Notes: a model not told the origin generated them from the sequence alone. Shown: positions 1 to 12,109, numbered from the stretch's first letter. The stretch is DNA of 32,000 nucleotides from Propionibacterium freudenreichii subsp. freudenreichii (GCF_000940845.1 NZ_CP010341.1:630001-662000), one strand, 5' to 3'. Numbers and translations: made by a program.

Positions 1-2234
1 CCGAGGCCCGCATCCTCATGCTGAGCTCGAACAACATCCTGAAGCCTGCCGATGGCAAGCCGATCGCGTTGCCGAGCCACGAGATGATCATCGGCATGTA
101 CTACCTCACCCAGGACCTCGACGGTCTGACGGGCGAGGGGCGTGCCTTCAGCTCGAAGGCCGAGGCCGTCATGGCCTACGACCTGCACCAGCTCGACCTG
201 CGTGCCAAGTGCAAGATCCGCCTGAGCGGGGTCGTCCCGCCGGTTGGCCTGGAGGACAAGCAGCGTGCCGATGGTTCGCTCCTGCTTGACACCACCCTGG
301 GCCAGGTGATCTTCAACGAGGCGCTGCCGGACAACTATCCCTATGTCACCTCGCACGTCGGCAAGAAGCAGTTGTCGGCCATCATCAACGACCTGGCCAT
401 CCGGTTCCCGCGTCCGGTGGTTGTCGCAACCCTCGACAACCTGAAGGACATGGGCTTCCGCTGGGGCACCCAGTCGGGTGTCACGGTCTCGATCGGTGAC
501 GTGCAGACGCCCCCGAACAAGCCCGAGATCATGGCCAGCTACGAGAAGAAGGCTGCCAAGATCGACAAGCTCTACGACCGCGGTGCTGTCACCGAGGAGG
601 AGCGTCGTGGTGAGTTGGTGCAGATCTGGAATGACGCCACGGCAGAGCTGACCGACGCCATGGAGAAGAACTTCACGAAGACCAACCCCATCTACATGAT
701 GGTGAACTCCGGTGCTCGTGGAAACATGACCCAGATGCGTCAGATCGCTGCCATGCGTGGTCTGGTGGCCAACCCGAAGGGCGAGATCATTGAGCGCCCG
801 ATCAAGTCGAACTTCCGTGAGGGCTTGACGGTGTTGGAGTACTTCATCTCCACCCACGGTGGTCGAAAGGGCCAGGCCGATACCGCACTGCGTACCGCAG
901 ACTCCGGTTACCTGACGCGTCGACTGGTCGACGTCTCGCAGGACGTGATCATCCGCGAGGAGGATTGCGGCACGGAGCGTGGCCTGATGAAGGCCATCGC
1001 CGAGCCGGGTGCCGACGGCATGCTGGTTCCCGCCAAGATGCTCGACACTTCGGTGCACGGACGCATCCTGGCCACCGACGCCACCGATGAGTCCGGCAAG
1101 GTCGTCATCGAGGCGGGCACGATGCTCGACTCCACCGTGGTGGGCAATGCCATCCGCGCTGGGATCACGAGCATCAAGGTGCGTTCGGTCCTCACCTGTG
1201 AGGCCACCACCGGTGCCTGCGCCAAGTGCTACGGCCTGTCGTTGGCCAACGGCAAGATGGTCGAGGTCGGCGAGGCAGTCGGTATCCAGGCTGCCCAGTC
1301 GATTGGCGAGCCCGGCACCCAGCTGACGATGCGTACCTTCCACACCGGCGGTGTGGCTGGCGACGACATCACCCAGGGCCTGCCCCGCGTGGTCGAGCTG
1401 TTCGAGGCACGTACCCCGAAGGGCAAGGCGCCGATCGCCGAGGCTGATGGCCGGGTGAAGATCGAGGAGACCGATCGCGGGCGCAAGCTCACGATCGTGC
1501 GTGACGACGGTGGCGAGGACGTTGAGTACGCGCTGCCGCGCCGTGCACGCCTGGAGTTCGAGGATTCGAACCGGGTGCGCCACTCGATCGCCGACGGCGT
1601 TCATGTCGGCGTGGGTGAGCAGCTCACCGGCGGCACGATCGACCCGCAGGACGTGCTGCGTGTGCGCGGCCTCCGCAAGGTGCAGGAGCACCTGGTGGAG
1701 GAAGTGCAGAAGGTGTACGCCTCGCAGGGTTCACCGATCCACGACAAGCACATCGAGATCGTCATTCGGCAGATGCTGCGTCGCGTGACCGTGATCGAGT
1801 CCGGCGACACCCCGATGATGCCCGGCGAACTGGTTGACCGTAAGACCTACGAGGCAGCCAACCGCAAGGCAGTCGAGGAGGGTGGCCGTCCGGCAGAGGG
1901 TCGTCCGGTGCTGATGGGCATCACGAAGGCCTCCCTGGCCACCGAATCGTGGCTGTCGGCCGCATCGTTCCAGGAGACCACCAAGGTGCTCACCGATGCG
2001 TCGATCCACGGCAAGTCCGACCACCTGGTCGGTCTGAAGGAGAATGTGATCCTCGGCAAGCTCATCCCGGTGGGTACCGGGCTCGAGCGCTACCGCGATA
2101 TCAGGGTGGAGCCGACCGCAGAGGCCAAGGCCAATTCGTTCCAGGTGAACTACGATCCGTTCGACTACGACTTCGGGTCGGGTTCGGGCGCCGCAGTGCC
2201 GTTGGACGATCTGGACTTCGGCGACCTGCGCTGA
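1..2234 (+). CDS. rpoC: DNA-directed RNA polymerase subunit beta' (C-terminal ~740 aa; 5' end lies outside the window)
   Basis: The reading frame is open from the window edge (frame of ORF 18..2234). The translation carries beta' hallmarks ([23 protein letters not shown], trigger-loop/C-terminal region). It sits directly upstream of rpsL-rpsG-fusA-tuf. Confidence 0.97.
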   Translation, partial: EARILMLSSNNILKPADGKPIALPSHEMIIGMYYLTQDLDGLTGEGRAFSSKAEAVMAYDLHQLDLRAKCKIRLSGVVPPVGLEDKQRADGSLLLDTTLGQVIFNEALPDNYPYVTSHVGKKQLSAIINDLAIRFPRPVVVATLDNLKDMGFRWGTQSGVTVSIGDVQTPPNKPEIMASYEKKAAKIDKLYDRGAVTEEERRGELVQIWNDATAELTDAMEKNFTKTNPIYMMVNSGARGNMTQMRQIAAMRGLVANPKGEIIERPIKSNFREGLTVLEYFISTHGGRKGQADTALRTADSGYLTRRLVDVSQDVIIREEDCGTERGLMKAIAEPGADGMLVPAKMLDTSVHGRILATDATDESGKVVIEAGTMLDSTVVGNAIRAGITSIKVRSVLTCEATTGACAKCYGLSLANGKMVEVGEAVGIQAAQSIGEPGTQLTMRTFHTGGVAGDDITQGLPRVVELFEARTPKGKAPIAEADGRVKIEETDRGRKLTIVRDDGGEDVEYALPRRARLEFEDSNRVRHSIADGVHVGVGEQLTGGTIDPQDVLRVRGLRKVQEHLVEEVQKVYASQGSPIHDKHIEIVIRQMLRRVTVIESGDTPMMPGELVDRKTYEAANRKAVEEGGRPAEGRPVLMGITKASLATESWLSAASFQETTKVLTDASIHGKSDHLVGLKENVILGKLIPVGTGLERYRDIRVEPTAEAKANSFQVNYDPFDYDFGSGSGAAVPLDDLDFGDLR

Positions 2235-2285
2235 TCCACGCAATGCTGAACCCGCGACGCTGATCCCTTCGGGGGTACGTTGCGA

Positions 2286-2326
2286 CACAACCGGGTCGGA
2301 GCCGTCATGGCTCCGGCCCGGTTGTG
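2286..2326 (+). terminator. Hairpin 52 nt after the rpoC stop: 18-bp stem (one G.T) with 5-nt loop and no U-tract
   Basis: cacaaccgggtcggagcc / gtcat / ggctccggcccggttgtg, read directly. This is the GC-rich I-shaped hairpin type common in actinobacteria. Confidence 0.55.
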
Positions 2327-2455
2327 CGTCCTGCGGGCATCCGCCGGTTCGCCGCAGGTGTTGCCCCGCTCGCGTGGGCTGCCCCAACGCGGCCAGCGGG
2401 CGGGGGAAGCGGGGCCCGGTCGGAGACCGGTGCGCACGGGCCCGCAGAGTGCCGT

Positions 2456-2484
2456 TTGACCGGCTTGAATGCGGCGGGTATCGT
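2456..2484 (+). promoter_or_regulatory. Candidate sigma-A-type promoter for the str operon (TTGACC - 17 nt - TATCGT)
   Basis: The -35-like TTGACC is at 2456-2461 and the -10 TATCGT (TANNNT) at 2479-2484, with exactly 17 nt between them. This would give a ~200-nt rpsL leader. It is a sequence match only. Confidence 0.4.
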
Positions 2485-2693
2485 TTCTACTTGGTTCGGT
2501 TTGCCCGGATGAAAGCGCGTGCCCTCCCGACCTGGCTCCTGTTCGTTGCGAGGCGGTCACGGCGGTCTAGGATTCGTGCGGCAGCGACCCAATCGTCCTT
2601 TCAGATCCATCAGTTGCTGGGTGCATCGTGAGGCGGGTGGGAGAGCTGCGTCATAAGCAGATCCAGTCCACATAACGAAAGAGATTCCAGCAG

Positions 2694-3065
2694 GTGCCTA
2701 CCATTCAGCAGCTGGTCCGCAAGGGCCGTAGTGACAAGGTCAGTCAGAGCAAGACCCCCGCGCTCAAGGGTTCGCCCCAGCGTCGTGGTGTCTGCACGCG
2801 CGTCTACACGACCACTCCCAAGAAGCCGAACTCCGCCATGCGCAAGGTGGCACGTGTTCGCTTGAGCTCGGGCATTGAGGTGACTGCATATATCCCCGGC
2901 ATCGGCCATAACCTTCAGGAGCACTCGATGGTGCTCGTGCGCGGCGGCCGTGTGAAGGACCTTCCCGGCGTCCGATACAAGATCGTTCGCGGCAGCTTGG
3001 ACACCCAGGGTGTCAAGGGCCGCAAGCAGGCCCGCAGCCGCTACGGCGCCAAGAAGGAGAAGTAA
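2694..3065 (+). CDS. rpsL: 30S ribosomal protein S12
   Basis: 123 aa with a GTG start. The sequence [12 protein letters not shown]...[17 protein letters not shown]...[13 protein letters not shown] is unmistakably S12. Confidence 0.98.
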   Translation: MPTIQQLVRKGRSDKVSQSKTPALKGSPQRRGVCTRVYTTTPKKPNSAMRKVARVRLSSGIEVTAYIPGIGHNLQEHSMVLVRGGRVKDLPGVRYKIVRGSLDTQGVKGRKQARSRYGAKKEK

Positions 3066-3535
3066 TGCCTCGCAAAGGACCCGCGCCCAAGCGCCCCGTT
3101 GTCGTTGACCCCGTGTACAGCTCGCCGCTGGTGAGCCAGCTCGTGAGCAAGATCCTGGTCGACGGCAAGAAGACCGTTGCCCAGTCCATCGTGTACACCG
3201 CGATGGAGGGAACCCGCGAGAAGACCGGCGTCGATCCGGTCCAGACGCTCAAGAAGGCCCTCGAGAACGTGAAGCCCGCCGTCGAGGTGCGCTCCCGTCG
3301 AGTTGGCGGCGCCACCTACCAGGTGCCGATCGAGGTCAAGCCGGCCCGCTCGAACACGCTGGCCATGCGTTGGCTGGTCAGCTTCTCGCGCGATCGCCGC
3401 GAGAAGACGATGGCCGAGCGCCTTCAGAACGAGATCCTGGATGCCAGCAATGGCCTGGGTGCCTCGGTGAAGAAGCGCGAAGATACCCACCGTATGGCCG
3501 AGGCCAACCGCGCCTTCGCGCACTACCGCTGGTAG
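3065..3535 (+). CDS. rpsG: 30S ribosomal protein S7
   Basis: 156 aa. The sequence is [18 protein letters not shown]...[16 protein letters not shown]. The ATG overlaps the rpsL stop (TAATG). Confidence 0.98.
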   Translation: MPRKGPAPKRPVVVDPVYSSPLVSQLVSKILVDGKKTVAQSIVYTAMEGTREKTGVDPVQTLKKALENVKPAVEVRSRRVGGATYQVPIEVKPARSNTLAMRWLVSFSRDRREKTMAERLQNEILDASNGLGASVKKREDTHRMAEANRAFAHYRW

Positions 3536-3550
3536 AAAACCATTGACAGA

Positions 3551-3651
3551 CCCCCGCCCCACCGGGCGGGGGTACTGCCCTGCTGTGGGCACGTGCCCAC
3601 CCCATCAAGCCGTGGGCGTCGCCCACTGCACCAGGAAGTGGGCGCAGGCCC
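3551..3651 (+). other. Cluster of four GC-rich hairpins in the rpsG-fusA spacer
   Basis: 3551-3572 is cccccgccc/cacc/gggcggggg. 3585-3600 is the palindrome GTGGGCACGTGCCCAC. 3612-3626 is GTGGGCG-T-CGCCCAC. 3640-3651 is gggc/gcag/gccc. Confidence 0.4.
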
Positions 3652-3705
3652 GCTCCAAAGACTTTGTAAACACTCTTTAACTTCAAGAACAGAGGTTGGA
3701 ACTTC

Positions 3706-5805
<2,100 letters not shown>

Positions 5806-5814
5806 TCGACCGGT

Positions 5815-5853
5815 TTTCCCGCCCGCGTATGCTACGGCTTAGCGGGCGGGAAA
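5815..5853 (+). terminator. Hairpin 10 nt after the fusA stop (12-bp stem, 15-nt loop); possible partial terminator or attenuator before tuf
   Basis: tttcccgcccgc / gtatgctacggctta / gcgggcgggaaa. No downstream U-tract. Confidence 0.4.
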
Positions 5854-6039
5854 CCACCCTGCGCATCGGCGTTTGACTCTGCTTGATGCGTGGACAACAA
5901 TTGATAAGGTTCACGGGTTTCGCCCGTGTATCACCGCGGCCGGCAACAGTGCCGGCACAGCATGTGAACTCGCATAACCAAGAAACCCAAACACGGGCGT
6001 CCCGCAAGCCAGCGTGACGCGACATCAGGAGGAGCCCCA

Positions 6040-7230
<1,191 letters not shown>

Positions 7231-7254
7231 GCTTGCGCTAGCCAAGCACTCTGA

Positions 7255-7290
7255 AAGAAGGCCCGTTCCCCCAGGGGAGCGGGCCTTCTT
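7255..7290 (+). terminator. Rho-independent-type terminator of tuf
   Basis: aagaaggcccgttcccc / (c)a / ggggagcgggccttctt gives a ~16-17-bp stem including one G.T. It is followed by T-rich cttcttgt. Confidence 0.75.
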
Positions 7291-7332
7291 CTTGTCCTGG
7301 CCTTCTTTGTGTCCTGGCCTTCTTGTTGTCGT
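7282..7332. repeat. Tandem direct repeat, 3 x 17 bp (GGCCTTCTTnTTGTCCT)
   Basis: Units are 7282-7298 ggccttcttcttgtcct, 7299-7315 ggccttctttgtgtcct and 7316-7332 ggccttcttgttgtcgt. Units 2 and 3 each match unit 1 at 15/17. Unit 1 overlaps the 3' arm of the tuf terminator. Confidence 0.85.
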
Positions 7333-7423
7333 GGCGGCGGTGCGTGGCCCGGCACGGGGCCGGGCACGGATCCACCACAGGAGGGCGCGGCGTGAGGACG
7401 TGTCGGGGGAGCGGGGCCGCCCG

Positions 7424-8902
7424 TCAGCTGTGGGCCGGGCGCAGGATCACCATGGGATCGCGCTGCCAGACCACCTCGTAGCGGGTGCCACGCACCACGG
7501 GATCGGCCAGGAACTGGTCCACCCAATGGGAGTCCTTGTTCTGGTAGCTGATGGTCTCGCGATCCAGCAGGAGCCAATCGGGGGTCACCGGCTGGCCACG
7601 GTCGTCCAGATAGTCGGGCGGGCGCCACTGGGACACGTCGGCATGCGCCGCCACATGACTGGTCAGGTACACATCGGTGGCGACCCTCGAGCCCGCCGGC
7701 AGCTGCGCCAGCGCGGCGGGGAACACCCGACACTCGTCGCGACAACGTCCGATGGTCCACTCATGCCACAACGGCCCGAGGGGGATCGACGCCAGGGCGA
7801 CGATGCCCACCATCGGGAGCGCCACCGCGCGCCACCACCGTCGCAGGGTGCCGCGTCGGCCGGGCAGCGTCCGGCCCGCAGCGTCCACCAGGCGGGGCCA
7901 GGCCTCCACGAAGGCGTAGCAGGCCACCAGCATGGGCAACAGGTTGTAGTGGAAGCCGGTGGTCCAGTGCTGCGGGTTCTTCGAGACCGCACGGGTGAGG
8001 AATGGCGCCACGAAGGCCCAGATGAGCGGCGAGCGCAGGGCCACGAAGGCGGTTCCCGACAACAGGATGGCGGCGCTCCCCAGCGTCTTCAGGGGGCCGA
8101 ACCAGGCGCCGTGTGCGCTCGTCTGCACCCCCGCCACCGCCACCGCACCGACCGCGTGCAGATAGGGATAGACGTGGTCGGGATTGAAGGCGGGCACCAC
8201 GACGAACACCGCGATGGCGGTCCACGCCACGGCAAAGATCCCCAGGGACAGGCCCCGGACCCAGTGCCGACGCACCAACATGGCCAGCGCGATGCCACCC
8301 ACCAGGAAGCACATGTCCTCCTTGGCCACCATGAGTGATGCCGACCAGACCCAGCAGGCCGTCCACCGCGCCTCAATGAAGCTGGCCAGGGCCATCGCCA
8401 TCAGCGGGGTGGCCAACACCAGCTCGTGGAAGTCGAAGATGATGGCGTACTGGGTGCCGATGCCGCACAGGAAGCCGGCCGCGATGAGCAGTCCGGTTCC
8501 GGGCCCCAGCCGACGGATCGCCAGCCGGCCCAGCAGCCAGCCCGCCCAGGCGATGCAGATGCCCTGGGTGATCAGCAGCATGCGGGGGTCGTCCCACAGC
8601 CAGTAGAGGGGGACCATCGTCAGGATGATCGGATGGAAGTGGTCGCCGAAGATCGGCATGCCGGGCGCCTTGAGCGTCGTATAGCCGGCGTGGCCCTGCG
8701 CGAAGCTTCGGATCGCCTGGTCGAAGATGGTGATGTCCATGCCGTCGCGCAGCCGGTTGAACTTCACGATGCTGGTCACCAGGTAGGCGGCCAGTGCGAT
8801 GAGGCAGATGAGCGCCAACCACAGTTGGGGATGTCGCTGCGGGGCCGTCACCATGCGCCGCAACCGACCTGTGGACGCGGACGACGGACGCAGGGATGGC
8901 AT
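7424..8902 (-). CDS. Polytopic integral membrane protein, DUF2079-like (GT-C-type glycosyltransferase fold suspected)
   Basis: 492 aa with many hydrophobic helices. Motif pattern DITIFDQAI...GDHFHPI...FDFHE...AKED recalls the DUF2079 family, recognised by eye with no HMM run. The start could be 8902 or the internal ATG at 8854. Confidence 0.7.
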   Translation of the reverse strand: MPSLRPSSASTGRLRRMVTAPQRHPQLWLALICLIALAAYLVTSIVKFNRLRDGMDITIFDQAIRSFAQGHAGYTTLKAPGMPIFGDHFHPIILTMVPLYWLWDDPRMLLITQGICIAWAGWLLGRLAIRRLGPGTGLLIAAGFLCGIGTQYAIIFDFHELVLATPLMAMALASFIEARWTACWVWSASLMVAKEDMCFLVGGIALAMLVRRHWVRGLSLGIFAVAWTAIAVFVVVPAFNPDHVYPYLHAVGAVAVAGVQTSAHGAWFGPLKTLGSAAILLSGTAFVALRSPLIWAFVAPFLTRAVSKNPQHWTTGFHYNLLPMLVACYAFVEAWPRLVDAAGRTLPGRRGTLRRWWRAVALPMVGIVALASIPLGPLWHEWTIGRCRDECRVFPAALAQLPAGSRVATDVYLTSHVAAHADVSQWRPPDYLDDRGQPVTPDWLLLDRETISYQNKDSHWVDQFLADPVVRGTRYEVVWQRDPMVILRPAHS

Positions 8903-9585
8903 GGCGACCAGCCTATTGCCGGGGCGCGTCGAAGTTCGTCACGGCCATTGCCTGCCGCGGGGCATACGGGCACGATTGCAGGGTGAGTGATCGGGACAGG
9001 GCAGGCGACGGGGGTCGGACGGGGGATCCCGGCAGCGGACGCGAGCATGCGGCACCGCGCGGTCCGCGTGCCGCCACCCCCGGGCACATCCCTGCGCGGG
9101 CAGAGGTGGAGATCCCCACGACGCGCCTGGTGTTGCACGGCGTGGATCCCGCCCAGGCCGAGGAGCTTGCCCGTGGCATCTCGCCGCTGCCGTGCGTTGC
9201 CGGCTACCCGCATGCCGACAGCGACACTGCGGCGCGCATGCAACGCCATGCCCTGGAGGTCGACAACTGGGTCCCCGGCTACGGGCTCTACCTCATGATG
9301 CGCCGTGCCGACGGGCTGGTGGTCGGCGATATCGGGTTCCACACCCCACCCGACCAACGTGGCGCCGCAGAGGTGAGCTATGGCGTCGCCGACTCCGTGC
9401 GGCGTCGCGGATATGCCTCCGAGGCGCTGGTGGCGCTCACTGCGTGGGCGCATGCCCATGGCGCCTCCACCGTGCTGGCGGAGGTCGATCCGACCAACCA
9501 CGCGTCACGGGGGGTGCTGGCGAAGGCCGGCTTCCTCCCGGTCCGCTCCGACGGGCCGAAGCTGCGCCTGCGCCATCAGGGATGA
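8896..9585 (+). CDS. GNAT family N-acetyltransferase (RimJ/RimL-like, Acetyltransf_3 type)
   Basis: The C-terminal ~155 aa read TRLVLHGV...GDIGFH...AEVSYGVADSVRRRGYASEALVALTAWAH...VDPTNHASRGVLAKAGF, a typical GNAT core. The maximal ORF start at 8896 overlaps the divergent gene. The real start is probably GTG 8983 or GTG 9106 (MEIPTTRLVLHG). Confidence 0.75.
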   Translation: MAWRPAYCRGASKFVTAIACRGAYGHDCRVSDRDRAGDGGRTGDPGSGREHAAPRGPRAATPGHIPARAEVEIPTTRLVLHGVDPAQAEELARGISPLPCVAGYPHADSDTAARMQRHALEVDNWVPGYGLYLMMRRADGLVVGDIGFHTPPDQRGAAEVSYGVADSVRRRGYASEALVALTAWAHAHGASTVLAEVDPTNHASRGVLAKAGFLPVRSDGPKLRLRHQG

Positions 9586-9630
9586 GCGGCCGACCTGTTG
9601 GGCTGCGTCCCGACAGCGCGTCCTGGCAGG

Positions 9631-9690
9631 CCGTGCGGCGGTGTTCCGCTGCGTCCCAATAGACCGTGCAGCGGTGATCCGCTGGGTCTC
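9631..9690 (+). repeat. Two 27-bp imperfect direct repeats, each a small hairpin, upstream of gltX
   Basis: 9631-9657 is ccgtgcggcggtgttccgctgcgtccc and 9664-9690 is ccgtgcagcggtgatccgctgggtctc (23/27 identical). Each contains c(g/a)gcgg-tgNt-ccgctg. Confidence 0.6.
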
Positions 9691-9708
9691 GGTACACTCG
9701 GCACCACT

Positions 9709-11172
9709 ATGACGACTCCTGCTCGCACCCGCGTTGCCCCTTCTCCCACCGGCGATCCCCACGTCGGCACCGCCTATATGGCGCTGTTCGACAAGGCCTG
9801 GGCGGTCAGGACCGGGGGACAGTTCGTGCTGCGCATCGAGGACACGGACCGCAACCGCCTGGTGCCCGGATCCGAGCAGCAGATCGTCGACTCGCTGAAC
9901 TGGTTGGGCCTCACGCCCGATGAGTCGCCCGAGCAGGGCGGTCCCTATGCGCCCTACACGCAGTCGCAGCGCCTGGACACCTATCGTCCGGCGGTTGACA
10001 AGCTGCTGGCCTCGGGCCACGCCTACCATTGCTGGTGCTCCCAGGAGCGCCTGGCGGCAATGCGCGAGGAGAAGGCCGCGAAGAAGCAGGACACCCGCTA
10101 CGACCGGCTGTGCCACGGCATGACCAAGGAAGAGCGGGCCAAGCTCCCGGGCTTCACCGAGACGCCGGTGGTGCGCATGTACATCCCCGATGACGCCCCG
10201 TTGGTGTTCCATGACCTGATTCGTGGCGAGGTCAAGGCCCCCTTCCCCGACGACCAGGTGATCCTCAAGGCCGACGGCTTCCCCACCTACCACCTGGCGG
10301 TCGTGGTCGACGACCATGAGATGAAGATCAACACCGTGGTGCGCGGCGAGGAATGGATCAGCTCCACCCCCAAGCACCTGCTGCTGTACAAGTGGCTCGG
10401 TTGGGAACTCCCTGCGTTCGCGCACATGCCGTTGTTGCGCAACACCGACCATTCGAAGATCTCCAAGCGCAAGAACCCTGCCGCCCGGCTCATGTGGTTC
10501 AAGGAACAGGGCTACCTGCCCGAGGCACTGCGCAACTTCCTGCAGCTGCTGGCCTATCCGCCCGCCGAGGGCGATCAGGAGCTGGAGAGCTTCGCGGACT
10601 TCGTCGGGAACTTCGCGTGGAGCAAGGTCAACACCGTCGGACCGGTGTTCGACACCAAGAAGCTCGATTGGCTCAACGGGCAGTACATCCGCGAGCTGTC
10701 GGATTCCGATCTCGCCGACCGGCTGGTCGATTTCATCGCCGCGTCGCGTCAATGGGGTGACGATCCCGATCCCTCATGGGCCGAGGTGATCCGCAAGGCC
10801 ACCCCGATCATCAAGCCCCGCCTGGTGAAGCTCTCGGACGCCTGGGACCAGATCGCCTTCCTCGTGGAGGCCGACGACTCGGTCTACATCGAGGACAAGG
10901 CGCGCGCCCAGCTGAAGGATAACGCCGCCGAGGTGCTCGATGTCACCGCGAAGGTGTTGGCCACCGTGGAGCCATTCACCGCTGACACCATCCAGCAGGC
11001 CCTGCGCGACGAACTGGTCGACGCGATGGGCATCAAGCCCCGCCAGGCCTTCGCGCCCCTGCGCGTCGCCACCAGCGGACGCAAGGTCAGCCCGCCCCTG
11101 TTCGAGAGCTGCGAGATCCTGGGCCGCGCCTCCGTGTTGGCCCGCATCGCCGGCCTGCGCGAGACCCTCTAA
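9709..11172 (+). CDS. gltX: Glutamate--tRNA ligase
   Basis: 487 aa from ATG 9709. The sequence is MTTPARTRVAPSPTGDPHVGTAYMALF (class I HIGH-type motif), with KISKRK as the KMSKS-type motif. The 5' part of ORF 9598.. is a non-coding-looking extension. Confidence 0.93.
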   Translation: MTTPARTRVAPSPTGDPHVGTAYMALFDKAWAVRTGGQFVLRIEDTDRNRLVPGSEQQIVDSLNWLGLTPDESPEQGGPYAPYTQSQRLDTYRPAVDKLLASGHAYHCWCSQERLAAMREEKAAKKQDTRYDRLCHGMTKEERAKLPGFTETPVVRMYIPDDAPLVFHDLIRGEVKAPFPDDQVILKADGFPTYHLAVVVDDHEMKINTVVRGEEWISSTPKHLLLYKWLGWELPAFAHMPLLRNTDHSKISKRKNPAARLMWFKEQGYLPEALRNFLQLLAYPPAEGDQELESFADFVGNFAWSKVNTVGPVFDTKKLDWLNGQYIRELSDSDLADRLVDFIAASRQWGDDPDPSWAEVIRKATPIIKPRLVKLSDAWDQIAFLVEADDSVYIEDKARAQLKDNAAEVLDVTAKVLATVEPFTADTIQQALRDELVDAMGIKPRQAFAPLRVATSGRKVSPPLFESCEILGRASVLARIAGLRETL

Positions 11173-11200
11173 TGCGGTTCACCACTACGGCCACGATCCG

Positions 11201-12091
11201 ATGGGGCAGACTTCGACCATGATCATTTCCGTGCTGGGCACAGGCGTCGTCGATTCCAACGCCCCGATCGCGACGGCCGACGACCTCGCGCTGACCAGGG
11301 GGGAGGGGGTCTTCGACTCCACCGTCGTCTACCGCCAGGTCACCGGGCCGCGGATCCTGCACCTGGACTGGCACCTGGCCCGCCTTGAGCGCTCGGCGCA
11401 GGGCATGGGCATCGAGTGCCCCTCCCGCGACGCCTGGCGTCGTGCCATCGACGATGCATTGGACGTCTGGCATGGCCACAACGCGGTGATCCGACTCATC
11501 CTCAGCCGGGGTCGTGAGGTCGTCACCGATGACCCGGCCCAGCACCTTGCCTATGTGCTGCTCAGCGACATCAAGGGCAAGCGCGCGCATCCGGCGCAGA
11601 TCCGCGTCACCCAGCTGTCCATCGGACGTCCCCACGATGCCTTCGTCGATGCGCCGTGGCTGCTCGGCGGGGTCAAGACACTGTCCTATGCCACGAATAT
11701 GTCGGCCTTCCGCTACGCGACGGCCCGGGGCTTCGACGATGTGCTGTTCACCACCACCGACGGCTACTGCCTGGAGGCGCCGCGGGCGGGCCTCATCTGG
11801 GCCAAGGATGGTCGGCTGGGCACCACCAGCCGCGAGGGCACTGGCGTCCTCGACTCGATGACGGTGCGGGCCGCGGTGGCCGGCGCGAGGTCGGAGGGAT
11901 TCGAGGTGGTCGACGGCCTGTTGGGCGCCGAGGAGATCTTCAGCGCCGACGGGGCATGGTTGGTGTCGGTGAGCTATGGGTGCACGCCGATCATCGAAGT
12001 CGACGGTCGCCCGCTGTCGGTGCACGAGCACCTGACTCAGCGGATGGCCGTGTGGACCAAGCAGCCCTATAACGACGACGCCCTGGATTGA
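11201..12091 (+). CDS. Aminotransferase class IV (aminodeoxychorismate lyase / D-amino-acid or branched-chain aminotransferase-like)
   Basis: ~296 aa. The sequence LTRGEGVFDST...IRLILSRG...GGVKTLSY (candidate PLP lysine)...GVLDSMTVR fits fold-type IV PLP enzymes. The start is 11201 or 11219. The ORF-track start at 10940 lies inside gltX. Confidence 0.8.
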   Translation: MGQTSTMIISVLGTGVVDSNAPIATADDLALTRGEGVFDSTVVYRQVTGPRILHLDWHLARLERSAQGMGIECPSRDAWRRAIDDALDVWHGHNAVIRLILSRGREVVTDDPAQHLAYVLLSDIKGKRAHPAQIRVTQLSIGRPHDAFVDAPWLLGGVKTLSYATNMSAFRYATARGFDDVLFTTTDGYCLEAPRAGLIWAKDGRLGTTSREGTGVLDSMTVRAAVAGARSEGFEVVDGLLGAEEIFSADGAWLVSVSYGCTPIIEVDGRPLSVHEHLTQRMAVWTKQPYNDDALD

Positions 12092-12092
12092 G

Positions 12093-12109
12093 CGGCCCGC
12101 ACCGGGCCG
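12093..12109 (+). terminator. Short perfect hairpin immediately after the class IV aminotransferase stop
   Basis: cggcccg / cac / cgggccg. It begins 2 nt after the TGA and has no U-tract. Confidence 0.35.

Noticed and set aside
3543-3548. Perfect TTGACA hexamers at 3543-3548 and 12414-12419, and TTGACG at 17995-18000 before rplN
   Set aside because: No acceptable TANNNT -10 lies 16-19 nt downstream (aaaacg/aaacgg after 12419; gcgggg after 3548; only CAAAAT at a 19-nt spacing after 18000). I do not call these promoters.
7282-7332. Possible CRISPR-like array
   Set aside because: There are only three contiguous 17-bp units with no spacers. It is a simple tandem repeat. No CRISPR-type repeat-spacer structure occurs anywhere in the window.
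7292-8986. Plus-strand ORFs 7292..8338 (348 aa) and 8426..8986 (186 aa) opposite the membrane-protein gene
   Set aside because: The translations are Arg/Gly/His-rich nonsense. The minus-strand frame gives a coherent polytopic membrane protein with family-like motifs.
9598-9708. 5' extensions of track ORFs (gltX from 9598, aminotransferase from 10940, rpsH from 19762, rpsE from 20872, rpmD from 21663, FMN reductase to 23597, ATPase to 29049, permease to 31113)
   Set aside because: The extensions overlap upstream genes or have non-protein-like composition. Conserved family N-termini with RBS or coupling signals begin at the internal starts listed in the features.
9505-10752. 415-aa minus-strand ORF antisense to gltX
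   Set aside because: It is a shadow ORF. The sense strand has the HIGH/KMSKS class I synthetase motifs.
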